Shown here: in pieces, positions 1-14,200 of the stretch
How the letters are laid out: every line of letters begins with the position of its first letter
Numbering within the stretch: position 1 is the stretch's first letter
Source of the DNA: Catajapyx aquilonaris
Lineage: Eukaryota
Assembly (NCBI GenBank): GCA_000934665.2
Contig: KZ538697.1
Span: forward strand, 1 to 64,000
Direction of reading: 5' to 3'
Length of the DNA: 64,000 bases
Notes under the pieces: model-generated
The model's database searches: none
The model's input: only the letters and a program-made list of their open reading frames with translations
Told to the model about the DNA's origin: nothing
Position numbers and translations under genes: made by a program

Positions 1-1559
1 CCCCCCCGTCCCAAAAACCCGGGGCCAAACCGTAAAGATATGGAGATTTGGTCTGGAGGGGTGTTTCCATGTCTAGCTCGCCTTCCTCATAAAGGGCCGG
101 GCAAAATGCGCTTGCTCAGAAATCGTTTCCGGTGTGCAGGCCTTTATGGCCATGATCGTAATTTCCGGGCCTTTACCTGCAACCCCAGAGATGCGAGTGG
201 GTCTGGGAGGTGGAGGAGGGGGTTGGGTGGTTTGGGTTTTGGAAACAGCGGGGCCCTGTAACCCAACACTTGCGGCCTCATCTTAGCAAAATACGGTGGG
301 AAATTCGGGGAGATGTCACGCCTCATAGCTACAACCACATTACACGTGCGCCCACCCACTTACTGATCTATGAGCCAAGTAGGATCTTCAATCACTCATC
401 ATAATGAGCTGATTTTTTTGGAGGATTCGTTACTCTTTTGCACGTGTGGGCTTGTGACGAGCGTACTCATTATTGTTTCCGCTGATAGTGGGGCCAGGGT
501 AAATATTTTGTAGGTGTTCAATATGCACATGGAGTGAAATGTAGGTCGGTTTCATTAGTGTCATGCCCATGCAGGAAAGAAAAGGATGTGATGGAAACGT
601 CGAGCGACTTTTAATAAAATACTTATATGGTTACAATTGCATGCTGCAGGTCTTTCTGGGGAACCAGTAAAGTTATAAATACGGGCTTATTATGAAAATT
701 TAATGAACAGCTGACTTATTTAAAAGAACCTGGAGAGCGAATTGTAACGTGTATTTCAAGAGAAGTGTAACAATAGATTTAGCAGGAATAGCATATGCGT
801 GGTTCACACACATTTAAACTGACTCCTTGTCAAAAATATAGTAGTTTCTTCCGGTGTTATCCAGGATGCTATTTCTTTTGCCATGTTTGGCATACACATA
901 CGCTACATTGTGTTTGTAGTTGCCCTATTGAGCCATTTGAATACCTGTGGAGGTGGCATGCATTCTTCTGCGGATCACGACGATGATCATATCTTATTCA
1001 GTGAAGTCTTTTGAAGGATTTCACCAATCCTATCCTTATTCATACATTGGCTGTGGTGGTGGTAGTGAGGAAGGTCGGGGAAGTATTCGCCGTGATCGAC
1101 TTTACGCAATCCACTGTCTGCCAAGTGCAGGGTGGTCCGTAACAGTGCGGACAACCTTTCCTTATAGGGAATGAACGCTGGCATTTTGGTCTCTAACATC
1201 TCAATTATCAAGATAATCGGCTATTGATCATGTACGCATATCTTAGAAGGTTTCTGACCATGGGACACATCTGAAACATTTTCTGCTGGTGGTCTGTGCA
1301 GGTACCTACCCGCATTGTGAATGAAAGCTGCATGGGAACATCACACTGCCTGGAGGTGTGGCACACATGCTTATCCGACAATTACCATCTTCTCTTTTGG
1401 TTCCGCAATGACCATGGAAGTATGCCCCTCTGTCCGTGTATGTGCCTATGTGGTATGCCCTGTTCAGCTGACACACCCCCAGGAATGAGGTAATATGAGG
1501 CCATAATCATCCCCCGCATCCGTAGTGTGTGGTGCTGATGGGAGGAGAGGTGGGAGGTC

Positions 1560-1617
1560 CTCTCTCTCTCTCTTCCTCTCTTCCTTCCTTCCTTCCTTCC
1601 TTCCTTCCTTCCTTCCT
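1560..1617. repeat. (CT)n/(CCTT)n microsatellite
   Basis: ctctctctctctcttcctctcttccttccttccttccttccttccttccttccttcct seen directly. Confidence 0.9.
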
Positions 1618-1649
1618 GTTCCCATCCTCCCTTGCACCTCCGTGTAAGA

Positions 1650-2169
1650 ATCTTTGAACCCTCTCCGGCCGCCTCCCTGTTGGCGGCCGTCGCTTGGATC
1701 GATCCATGTAGAGGCAGGGAGGGTGGATGGCGGCGTCGGCGGCGTCGGCGGTGGCAGCGTCGGTGGGGAGGGGCCTGGGCCTGGGCCTGAGTGTGCCTGC
1801 CTAGTGCCGCCTGCCTTCATATCCACATAGCAAGGTGCCCCATCACTGCCTGGTTTGCTGCTTGCCTGCCGCTGTTTCAACCCGACTGGTTCTATAAAAA
1901 GGCAATGGCGCGTACGGGTGGTTGCGAGTGCGGGTGACAAAAAGCATGGTTGGGTCTGGTCCTGCGTGCGTAACCGCAAGTGTAGTAACAACAACCGGCC
2001 GGAGGAAAAGTCGGGGGTGGTGGAGGAGGAAAGACGGGCGCGCAACCACCGCTGCTGCGGGGCAGGATGGACATGGACGTGGCCCACCACCTGCCAGAGG
2101 CTGCGTCTAAGTGGTGGTGGTTGTGGAGGTGGTGGTGGTGGAGCACCGGAGCCAGTTGCCCGCTGCGAC
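1650..2169 (+). promoter_or_regulatory. GC/CpG-rich promoter and 5' UTR region of Syd-1 with TATA-like TATAAAA at 1893-1899
   Basis: Locally high GC and CpG content immediately upstream of the first ATG, preceded by a CT-rich microsatellite. TSS not determinable from sequence. Confidence 0.45.
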
Positions 2170-2244
2170 ATGTGCGACCTCAACAACTCCCACCAGACAC
2201 AGTGCGGATGCTTCTTCAGTCGACTCCGAGGTAACAACGATGAA
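2170..2244 (+). CDS. RhoGAP100F: Syd-1 coding exon 1 ([25 protein letters not shown])
   Basis: ATG at 2170 in a GC-rich 5' region. Consensus donor GAA|GTAAGT at 2245, phase 0, compatible with the next exon. Confidence 0.7.
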
Positions 2245-5200
2245 GTAAGTTCAACGCCCAACAGGTCCTACAGAAAACCATCTTTTATTCCGGAAGAGAG
2301 GCTGTTGGAGAGAGAGAGAGTAAAAAAGAGGGCCTTGGCCTCTACCGTTTTTTGGCCACCCCCACCCACCCACCCAACATAACCCAGCCAGCCAGCCAGT
2401 CCCGGCCAACGAACTAGTCGGCTTTCCCCGTCGTTATCGATTACTTGCTTCACTCCCTACTACTGCTGGTGCTGCCACTGCTCTTGCAGTTTTGGGCAGA
2501 AGGGCCCCTGGATCACGGATGCTGGATGCGATGCCACCAGATGCTCACATCCTTATATGCAGGGAGATCAAACACCTCCTGGTTGGAGGCCGTGCTCGTA
2601 TGGGGATTGTCACAATTGGTTCACTCTGGCGAGGCTACAATTCGAATTAAGGCACACCCTTGTTAGGACCCACCTGACTAGGATTGGTTTTAGGGAGGTG
2701 GTGGGAGGCTGGTGTATAATTGTCTCCGGGAAAACCAATAGTTCTAGTGTTTTGGAGGAGTGGATCGTTCGCACAATTTCACTGGCATTTATTCGCTGCT
2801 AATTAGACAGCAGAATGCTCTATGGTTGCCTCCAGAGCAGTAGGCAACACTTCTGGAGAATTCATGAAGTCTCGGTTCAACAATCAAACGAAGAAAAAAA
2901 ATATGTAGACTGCAGAATGTTTTATGATTACCTCCATAGGCAACACTCCTGGAGAATTTCATGAAGCAACAATGAGCTGAAATACCTTTCATCGAATGCA
3001 GCGGGGGCGATAACGAACAGGTACTCCGCTAAAAATAATTCTTGGGCCTACTCTTTTCGTCTCCATTCATGCCATCATTCCGTTCAGAAATGTAACGTCA
3101 TTACTTAACGCCCAATTTAACCAAATCAGTGACGCGACGACACGGGAGTGGAGGAGAAGCGGCCGCAGGATTGGCTGCGGAAAATTACAATGGAAAATAC
3201 TTTCAGAAAAGAGCAAAAGCCCTGAGAGCCGAACATGACCCCGATCTGACCCCCACCAAGAAGCGGCTGAAAGGCTCATTACCCTGCTCCTAAACCTAAT
3301 TACACATTTCTAATGTGTCTGCCATATGACGCTTCCTTTTTGGAATATTTTCCGACACCACACATATACCCTCAAAGTTTGAATCATTATACACCTAATG
3401 GTATGTTCTTATTAATTTAAAGTGTGTCAGTGGCTGAGGTTTAAATCTCCGCAACATTAGGATTAAAGTTGCTTTGTGAATTTCGCCGCCTGCACACACA
3501 CACACACACAATGCTCGTTCCCTACATACACATCCTTTCACGGATTACATGGCATTACATACACTGCAACGTCAGACCTTATAATCGCGATGGATTACGT
3601 TGTTATTTCCTCTCGTACAATCTGCTGAAAGGCAAAGCCCTCCAAAAAAAAAAAGGTGTTTGAACATGGTGATCCGCTAATACTGGTGAGAAAATGATAC
3701 CAAAATTGCAATGATAATCAAAATGTTGATCAAAAAGTGAGGCGGTATTTAGGGGAGGAGTAAGAGCCGGATCTGGATTGGGGCAGGGCCTACAAATTGG
3801 ACCAATGCACGCCGTTAGTAATTAGGTTGTCAGAATAATGCCGTGACCGTGTGTTTGTGTTTTTGTCCGCCTTGCCTCTTCAAAAAAAAAAAAAAAAAAA
3901 AGATTCCCCTCCCTAATTACCACCTATCAAAAATATAGAGTAAACCAACTCTTAGATTTTTGTTTCCTGTAATCTGAAATATAATAGGAAGCCATTATAA
4001 AGGTTGGGGTGGCCTATCGAGGCAAGCAACATGTGGCCATTTCCTTTTCGCAAAAATTGCATTGGCAGGCTCTTTTGGAGGCAGGCCATAAAAGCCCTCC
4101 GGCCGTCCCGTGGAATTAGGACCGAAATGCACTGCCTGGAAGAGTCTCCATCTCCAAACATTACACGCTATGGCTGGATTTTTTTCTGTTGTAAATAATT
4201 TCTTCTTTTTTTAAAAAAATGTGAAGTCCCATCCTTAGGAGAGAGTTGAATGGGCGTCTGGCTGTGGGCGTAAATAGAGTCGAGTGCGTAGGCTATACAT
4301 GTGTGGGAGTGTGTTTGAGAGTCCTGGTTGGTCGGTTGGTTCATTCACGGGGTCTGCTCTCTAATTGAGTGGTGGCTGCCCGGTGCACTGGGGAGTGGGT
4401 GTGTGGGTTGGAGGCCACACACGCATGTATGCCACCATCACGCATCCAACTGCAATGCCACGGGCACAATATCAAGGTAGACACGTTTCAATGAACCCGC
4501 ACCCAGTTGGAACCGAATATTATGTGTGTGGACTATTTTAAAAAAAGGGCATGGTTGGACAATTTTGTATGGCGCAGTTGTGTCCCTGGGTGCAATTTGA
4601 CGTGTCAACACAGTCCCCCTAGTGGTAACCCGCGGTTCAATAATGTCCAGCTTATTTTTTTTTGAAGGGGTCCTTAATGCACACTGTGGGTCTATCGGAC
4701 GGTTAATAATTCGGCGAGGGTCTGGCCCGCGGATAAATATTTCAAGCCAGGTAACTGTGGAAGTAAGCCTGTTACACCTCGTTGCGTTTCACTGCAGTGT
4801 TGCTAAATAGGAACATCCAAAAGCTGAGGCTTTAAAATCGATCTCTGGCCACCCACTGGCTATGCCTGTGCATATAGGTGAGAGAGTTGTGCATGAATGT
4901 GTGTGGGAGTAAAAATGCATTGCCCTCGAGCGCGTACTCTACAGTGCGTGTGTAGGAGTTACAGTGACCTTTCAATGGGTCCGAGCCTCGGGTTTTATAT
5001 ATGAGGTTTCTGAGTGTGTTGGGTGTGATATGGAGCGTGTGCAGTACAGAACAAGCGACTCAAGTTGTGGTTTTTGGTCCATTCTTGCAGGAAGGTCGGG
5101 AGCAGGCGGCGGAGATGGCGGCCAGTCCCCGGCGCCAGCCCCAGTCCGGAACTGGCGCCAGACCACGGGAACCACCTCCTATGGTCGTGCAGGGAGACTT

Positions 5201-8200
5201 CCGAAAGGTATGTAACTAGTTTTTTGCCCCCTAAAAAGTTAGGGGTGGACTAAAAATGTGTTGGGACTACTGATCAGCATGAAAGCCGTATCTGCACTTA
5301 CGCCTTTTTTGCTAATTATGTGATGATTTGTGCATATTTATTGATGGGTTGGGAACTTGGTTGTATAGAAAGCAGTCGTAGGCTTAGGAAAGAGGTTCTG
5401 GGTCGTTGTCGCAAATGACCACTGACGGATTAGTCGATCGTCCTGGAGGGGGTCGAAAAGCTCATGGGGCGAAATTCCACGGGCCGAGTGCGAGGTGGTA
5501 GTTTGGCGCTATCTTGACAATTGGGGACGACCCATTTCTCCCAGAGGGGGGAGACAGAATCTGACCCGGCTCCTCGTGTATTTTCTTTAAATCACTGAGT
5601 AACCCTTCAGTGTCGTTACACTCTGATAAGAAGGATGAGGAAGTTCAGACCAAGAAAGTTTTTGAACAAAATGCAGACAATGGCATCAACTGAACGGTGT
5701 TATGCAATAATGAGTCAACCCACATGAGAACAAAAATGGCTCTGAAGGTGAAATTAATTCTGTGTTCTTGTCGGTCATTTAGGGCAGAATTATGCAGATT
5801 TCAACTGGTCTGCACACTTACAGTGTAATGTACCGCGTCGGTTAATAATCTCATTAAAAATAATCACTGAAGCATTTATTTTTCGAAACGCATTTTGCGT
5901 CTATTTTAACGGCCATTTAATGCAGCGGAAAATAAGTTTGGGTGCTAATTTTGAGTATAAACTGCCAAATTGAACGTTTTATTGTGGGCGCATTGAACCC
6001 ACTTTACAGTCATCAGCCTAGTTAGATGATGCCATAAGCTTGTTATTTGCGTCCCTGGCAAACAAGTTATTATTTCAATCGCCGCCAGTGGCAAGCCTCT
6101 CCCACATTTTCAAAGGAGTATTACTGTACTTAGGAATCTCCATAGCAATTATATACTGTAAGTCCACAGCCGATTGAAGAGCTTCGTTTATTTCACCTGA
6201 CTTAGAGTCATTGAACAGAAGATTTTTTTTTTTCATGTTCTCAAACGAAGCATGAGGAAAGATTTTCCTGGCTTGATCAGAATTCTCAGTTTTCTTTCTT
6301 TCTCTCCGTACTACGTTCCCAATGCAAAATCGCAACAAAGGAAAAAAAAGTAGAGCCTGAAAATATTCTGAGACTCAAAAGAGAAAGAGAAGGTAGAGAG
6401 GAAAAAAATGTGCGCACAGTAATGTAAGAGGTGGATTCGCTCTTCTGGCCGTGATATCGACCTGCTCTTCGCTACAATCAGATGATACAATGGCCTTTAT
6501 AAAGAACCCTCTTGGAATTCCTCTCATTTCCTTCCCCACTATATCCCCCCCTTCTCGAAAAAAAGAGAAAAACCTCAGCATAAGATATGGGAGAGAAAAC
6601 GTTCCAAAGATAGGCCCCCGAAATTTTCTACAGACAGGATTAATACCACTTAATTTCCAAAGTAATGATACTCCTTGGAGACGAATAAATAAACGGATGA
6701 AAATATCGTTGGAGACGAGAGGTCGTTAGAAAATATTCTAGCAGGGGAGGGCTTGACTCTTTGGAGGGAAATATCGACACTCCCATTGCGGGTTGAATTG
6801 CGAGCCGGTTCTGAAAAAAAAAATCCTTTTCATTATCCTCAATGGTCTGATGATTATTATTTATGGCCAAGTCTAGGTTTCTGTAGTAATTTCTGGTACC
6901 AGTAACTTTTCTAACGGGGGTCTTTCTGCTGTAATTGGCAAGCAGTGCGGAGGGGTCCAAGGAAGCACGGACCAATATTGTCGCCGTCCAAAAAGTTGCC
7001 GGCGTTGTCAAAAGTCCAAAAAAAAGTTAACACCACTTACAGTGTGGCGGGGCAGGGCAAAGGCCAATAATTAACACTGGGGAAGGAAAATTCAACACTA
7101 GTGGCTGCCGGGCGTTAAATCTAATTCCCCAGGCCAGATTTGTTGTCCGGAGCAATATCAGCTTGCGATTTTATCACTGGGGGGGTTTAAAAGCAGTAAG
7201 TTCCGGGATGGTGCATATATAGGAAACATTAAAACCAGTGAGGAATTTATACAGACAAGGTCTGGCCAAAAACCAGGAACCGATAATAATACCGAAAGAG
7301 TCACCACTGATAATGATGTGAACTTTATTAACCAAACTTCCTGCAGACGCTTCCAATAGAAAATTTTCTTTCCCATTTTACGCTGAAACGAGGACTAATC
7401 CCCTCTAAACAAGTTGAATTAAGCTCATCCTGAGCGCTTGCCAACAGAGTGAGAGAGAGAGAGAGCCTTTCTCTCTGTTTTTGGAGCAAAATTCCTGCAG
7501 GCTGCCGTGAAACAGTTTTCGTGTCTTTTGCCACCAACAACTTTGCTTCCAAGTGGCCAAGATTATAAATGAGCAAGTTAGATCACGATCAAGCCCGACT
7601 TTCGCATAACGTAGCCGTGGCAGGAATTTTCTAGGAGAATAAAATGGCTGCGACTGGAATTTCCAGCCAGCCTTGCAGACACAATTATGTTCTGTTTTTT
7701 GCTAATTTGCACTAATTGTTTGGAATTATGCTCTTGCAACGTGAGACACTGGTATATGACTATGTAATTATTAATAAGTACAAGTTGGGTTAAATATTAT
7801 AATATTACATGGCCGAGGGTTTTCGATGATTGTACAATACAATTATATTATTTATTGAGCTTCTGAAGTTCGCCCGAGGAAATAAAAAAAAAGTGACGAT
7901 GTGAACAAACCCTGCTGCTTCAACGTTGAACTTAAAATACATTAAGGCTGATATGCAGGGTACTCACGTAAAAGGTCACATATCACCCGGGGGAGAGTCG
8001 AAATTGAGTTATTTGAGTTCTATGTGTCTACCGGAGTAGGCGATATTTAATTTCCGGTGCGTTTGAAGTTTCCAACGTTGGCAGAGTTTCTACGTTCGAC
8101 GCATACATCTATGCCCACACGACATCAGTAGTCAAATACGCTTTATTTCCTGATAATAAATGGCCCTCCACCACCACCACACATGTGACCTTTTATGTGA

Positions 8201-11200
8201 AAAGTGCGGCTGCACATTTCGGTAGACCTCTGGGCACACACGGCCGATATTTGAAGAACATTAACAGTTTCGCTTCAAATGTGTTAATAATTCGAGACAC
8301 TGTTAGCTGCAAAAGTACGTACATGCAAATTGATGCCCTCCAAAAAAAATTAGGTGCCATTAGCAGCTATTTGCATAAAATTTGGCACATCCATTGCTTT
8401 TCCGTACTTTTGAAATTTTTAGTCCACCACTCCCCGTATACACTGACACTGTAGATATATTTTGAGAAGTAATTCATCAAAGTAAGGGGCACCCATTTAT
8501 AATGTATATCTTGCGTGCTGCGCCTGCGATTACAGTGTATACTATTCGCACAGCTATTTCATCCACGCTACAAGAGTATGACTACTAAAGATGAGTGAGT
8601 AATGATAGTGCAGCAACTTGATTACAGTAAATCATCCTTTGAAGTTTGCAGTATCCATTAGGGGCGATGAATTTAGACCAGCGGAATTTGTGCCAGGAGT
8701 ATACAAGACATAGCTTTGGGTATAGGTCTGGTGGTTTCCAAGATCCTGGTGCCGGTGGTGAAATATTAGGCAAAGAAGGACCTGTCTGCCAGACACAACT
8801 TCCCCTGCAATTGCGGTTTTGTGCCCTCAAAACCACAAGCGTTTCGGAATTGCCAAAACCTTCCACCTCCGAATTTACTCCTTTCCGCTTTCCAAGTACA
8901 CATAAAGCTAATTGTTCCTCTCAACTCCGGATGAGGGAGTAATAGGTCGTTCGACTTTGGTCCTTTTTTTTCCCCGGCCTATTTTTTTTCTCTCTCTGTG
9001 TGTGCGGTAAGGGCCATCAAAAGTTGGACCTCCTTTGATGCTCACGCTGTTGATCACTGTCGTCTGCAGGATTTGGCTTGGATTCAGCCTACCATCCGAC
9101 TTCCCTTTGATGGAAAAGCCACACCTCTGATGGAACCACATTAGGAAGCTGGGTATCAGATCTAGGAAGGTTTTGACGGATTTTCACCCAACTTGTGTAG
9201 ATATGTGCACAAGGCATTCCCCCCCCCCCCCCAAAAAAAAGGTCGAGGGTAAAGTTCCTGTGAAAAAACTTCCCTGAGTCTTGAGGAATTTATCTGGAAT
9301 CCGTGGAAGAAGGCGCCATAAAACACACGGCTAGTCTTGCGAGAAAAGGAAGGTAGGGGGTGAGGGGTGACGGAGGGGGGGGGGGGTTACATTGTTGTAA
9401 AAGTTGTCGGAAACACGAGCGATTTATATTCTCTTACTGTTTCACTGAGCTTCAAGTGGTTCCCTGGGGAAATAGCTCGGGATTTTTATCGGACCAGGAG
9501 AGTTTCAACAAGCATTCGACTGCGAACAATCCCGATAGACTCGCCTGGATTTCGCTGCAGGTGTTCCTATGGCCTTATAGCAGACTAATCAGGGGGGGAA
9601 AAAAGAGGAAGGGGGAGGTCTTTTCTTGAATGGAACGCAGCTAATTGATTAGTCTCCTACGGTTCCGGGAACAATCATGGCGGGATGAAGCTAACTCATC
9701 GTGACAAGTTACAAACTAGGTGAAGATTTTCCGAATCGACGGGGGGTTTGGGAAGTCAACGAGACGTGTGTTACTCTCTGGCATCGGTTGTGGTTGATAC
9801 ACTGTAGCCTGTACGTACCTGCAGGTAATTAAATGCCTCTAAAATGCAATATGATAATTCAGTTACAACTTACAGTAATCAGTGAAGTGACAAATCAAAG
9901 CTGACTGTTAGTATAGTAATCCTGTGCTCCGCGGATGTGAATTAAGTATTAATAACTAAATTTTGTGGTTCAATTTTTGCACTGGTTAAAGAATTGATGC
10001 CCTGAAATCCGTGATTTTCCCTCTCAAAAAGCATGACGTGTCCAGCATATACTACCCTCCACCACACGCAATACCTTTTTTTTCTCTCTTCCTCTTTCTC
10101 TCCACTATTTCTAAATCTGCCAGGCCGGACTCGCGTGTGAGTTTTCACTGCTAAAATTATTCACAAACTACTGACATCCATACACGACATGGAACAATCT
10201 GAAGAGGACATCCACCCCTTTTTTGCACTCCAGAAGAGGGAAAGTGGGCTTGGGTTTGACGTCAAGGGCACGTTTTGTGTGGAGTGGCCCCGATTGATCC
10301 ACGGCAGATCTGGTCAAAAAAATAATGATCCACGAAGACACTGATTTGCATAGATAGGCGGATGGGCCTTAGCAAGTTAAATGTTGGATTTTACACTCTA
10401 GGTTGACCCCACAAGAGATCATAATCTCAACGGATGGCATAAATGTGCACAAATTTCAGTAGAGCATGGATGGACTTTTTCCCCCCTCTCTGATTGTTGT
10501 GCTGATAGGAGACAGTCGCGGGCAATGGACACTTCACGCCGCATGGAGGGAAAAAAAAGCCTCGTTCTCCATCAACGGTCGTGTCCCGGGCCAAGTTGAC
10601 ACGGCCAGGCGGTTTTCCCGGATGGCGCTTATGTGGATAATCAACTCTGAGTTATTGTCAGTCCAAATTGGACGGATTGTTGCCGACTATGCCCCCCCAT
10701 ATTGTTGAGGGTCGGATTTGGCTACGTCAAATCGAGTTGCGGGTTGTCTTTTTTTGCATGGGAGCCATGTTTTGCTTCCAAATCTGCACGGACTCGCACG
10801 GGATGCGGTCAAGTTTACTGCCACTCTCCTTTTTTTTGATGCGGAGCTGCATTTAAGAGCATTAATTTCATGCCAATTAAAGCGGACAGGAGCTCTGGAA
10901 AGTGTCGCCTGTGACTACCTGTAGCACGTCTCGTTGAAGCAGAAAATACAACCAGCTTATCCTAGTAGTCCGGCAACTCAGCGAACAAGAGAGGCACACG
11001 TGTAGCCCTGAAGAGTCAGGATAAACGTGTAGAACATACCAAGATTTATTAGACTGAAAATATGGCTTATCTATGCTCTCTAAAAGCTCTAAGCTCTCTA
11101 AAAGTACATGACAGTGACAGCCAAACAACTTTAATGAAATGGCCCGCCGATTTACCACGTAGTACTAATTTTTACGCATAGATGGCGCATACACCCACTG

Positions 11201-14200
11201 CACACTCCTACCCCTTGCGGGTTATAGCAATACTATCAGGTCGGACAAACATCAGACGGAGAGAATAAGCCTATTAGTCTACTGATTGAAAATCATAACT
11301 GGGTTGATTTTTGCCACAGAGGAGCCCTAGTTTCTTGGGTTACAGCGCACTTCTTCGAAATGACCCGGTTGATGCTTCCTTTTTATATGTGCCTAAATCA
11401 GCTCCGTGGGGCTGATCCTGAGCAATAACATCTGTGGGCGACGACCTTCATTAAGCTGGAAAAGCAGGGCAGATTACATAACTCTTTTCCCCCTCCCTTT
11501 CTGTCCAGAAGCTTAGCCGCTGCGGGCATCTGAGCCATCGACCTGTCAACGCTAATGCCCTTTTCACACTATCCCCTTTTTTCCGGCTAAACAGTCACAT
11601 CATCCGGCTAATCCAATACAATGGCCCGGGCGAGGGTCAGCCCTGGGATTTATGCAGGCATAATTCCACACCTGCTGCACCCCCACCTCGATGGATGGCC
11701 ATAGAGAGAGGCTTGCCTAGATGGAAAATGGCGGGACTATAAATTCATCCTCGTCTGAGGAAAGTGCCTGCCTGATTTATTGTGCACACATCTTATGGCG
11801 CATTCACACACCCGCTTGTTTGCCTGGCAGGAGAGCTTTTGAGGTTGACCAGCAGGGCTGGGCAGTGATTGAATAAAGGATAAACAAGAAAGATAATAGT
11901 TTTAAAAAAATCAGTGTCTAAAATAAAAATTTCAGCCGGTTTTTAATTTTTATACTTTGGTCAATTTTTAACAAAATATTCAAATCAATATCAAGTAAAT
12001 AAAACCACAACCCGTGTTCAGCAGGAAAAACTGACAACAACTGAGCGAAAAGGAAAAATTGAAAGAAAAACTCGAGCGTTTGGCAGAAAAAGGGAGATGA
12101 ATGAATGCGTAATAATGCATATTTATGCGTCGGCCATTTCATGCAAATGAGAACGGTGCTTTTTTCCCCCTCTCTCGTCATAGCCGCCGAGCTATTCGAG
12201 AGGCGACAGTCGCAGCTTATTCCGCTTATGATGCGATTATGTAACAGACGAGAAAATGAGTGGCAGACTGGAAGCTGTCTTGACGCCGTCAATTATATGG
12301 CCAAGAGGGGAATGCAATTTTCATCTTGTGTGCTATCAAGGTTGTTCACGTGCCCAGTTAAAGTAGCCTTCAAGTAAAACAACTGGCATAGAAAAAGTCA
12401 CTTCTGTTCTCCAATCGGATCATTTTTTTTTAAATTGGCAAATCACGCGTGCGTGATTCGAGTAAACTTTTTTATAATTGGACCGCGGAAAATGAGGCTG
12501 ACAAACCCGATGCGATTCTAAATGAACAACAATGGCATTGATTTCTGTCATTGCAAGGAACTCGATACGATTACCAGTCTGTAGATTTGACCTTGGCGGA
12601 TAGAGTGAAACCGGAAAACCGGAAGTGGCCGGTTACCGAAAGTTGGCCATGAAACATATTTTGGTCAGGCTGAATCAGAATCCGAAAACAGTTTGTAGCT
12701 ATCTCTTGTGGTGTAAACCGTGATACCTGTCCACAGACAGACGGACATAGCCGTTCTGCAGGGTGACCCTAAAGACTGGACACATAGGTAATAATATTGT
12801 ATTGTTGGTTGACAATATTGGTATCCTGGCAACCAACAATATAGTATTATTACCTATGTGTCCATGCTTTAGGCTCACCCTGTTGAGAAAATGTCTAGCA
12901 ATTCATGTCCAATTTGATCAGCAATGTACGCCCATCATGCTTACTCTGGGTTTACCATCGTTTATGGAATTCACCCACAAATAACAAGCAGGACGGTCGC
13001 AAATTACGAAAAACTGTAACTCGAGCATGCCATCATTTTTTAAAAAGGTGGAAAGCCACTTTGACAAAATCACTGGAAATTGGCCTCCGCGCCAAACACG
13101 GTTGACATCATTTCCACCTCTTCCTTCCAAGGTTCAAACATGGATTCCCTGAGAATCCCAGAGGTCAGGGAACGAGGGGTGGAAAAACTTGGGCCTACAA
13201 GATGTGCAGATAACCCATAATGGTGAAGAACGAGATGTTGAGTGGGACGGCCATCTTGTGGAGCAATATGGCGGAATGGAAGTGGAGGGGGGGTTTGGGG
13301 GATGGATAGTACTCATAGTAGTAGTCTGGGGCTGGGATACAAGGCCAGAGAGTGGCTGGTAGTAGGTTGTTCCCCCCGGATCGTAGTGTACCCGGGGCGC
13401 AGTAGACGGGAAAGAGCGAGCCTAGGCATTTCTATCGACCGGGGGTTGAAAGCGCGGAGTTTCAGGCCACAAGTGGGCCAGACAAGGTGGGCCAGCCCCA
13501 GGAAGGGGTGTGGGAATAGGACACACTACAAGGCTGTGCAGAAACCAAATATTCTTCCTCCTAAAATCAAATCAAGTGCTCATTACAACACTGTATACAT
13601 AACCTCAAACAAAATGTACCCCTGCCCACCCCCCCAAAAAATCCTAGTTTCCCACCCCTAGTTTCAAATGGGGATGGTCGAGGCAATGGATTTTAAAGTG
13701 AGGAGGGGGGGGGGGGGGTTTGGCCCCTGGATTCGGTGGAGCCTGAGGTTATTTTCGGATTCTCTTCTTGCCTCCTCTTCCACCAAGTGTCTGCAGATAT
13801 TCAGATGCGGTTGGTTGCTGGAGGAGAGGAAGGAAATCTTGCTGGGAAACTTGCACCTTGATGTGTATGGATGTGGAGGACTTGGGAGGAGTAAGCTGCT
13901 GTTTGATCGATGGAATTTCCGGATCCGGTTATCCAATATTGGTTGGGGAGGAAGGTCTTTAAAATGACCGGAATGAAACTGGGGGTTTTGTGCAGCATTT
14001 TTTTTTTTGGGTGGGGGGAGAAGAGGATCATCCACAATTTTGGGGCGTTATGAGCGCATGTGAGGCTGTCCGCAAACAGCGGGGGTTGCAAAAAAAAAAG
14101 AGTAACATGTCCATGAATAGCCATTTTTGGTTTGGGCTTGTAGTGATCTCCCTTATAATGGTGCAGAGGCTGTGCGGAAAATGGCAATTGGGAAAAAATT

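Noticed and set aside
900..1211. Minus-strand peptide EECMPPPQVFKWLNR reminiscent of a mariner HTH
   Set aside because: Too short, with no DDD/E domain or TIRs nearby.
2228..2236. Alternative donor GAG|GTAACA in exon 1
   Set aside because: Gives phase 1 from ATG 2170, which is incompatible with the phase-0 exon 2.
1464..2261. 265-aa minus-strand ORF over the Syd-1 promoter
   Set aside because: Made of microsatellite and GC-rich low-complexity sequence, with no domain and no clear splice support.
13664..14035. Minus-strand ORF vaguely like a LINE C-terminus
   Set aside because: No diagnostic RT or endonuclease motif that I can support.
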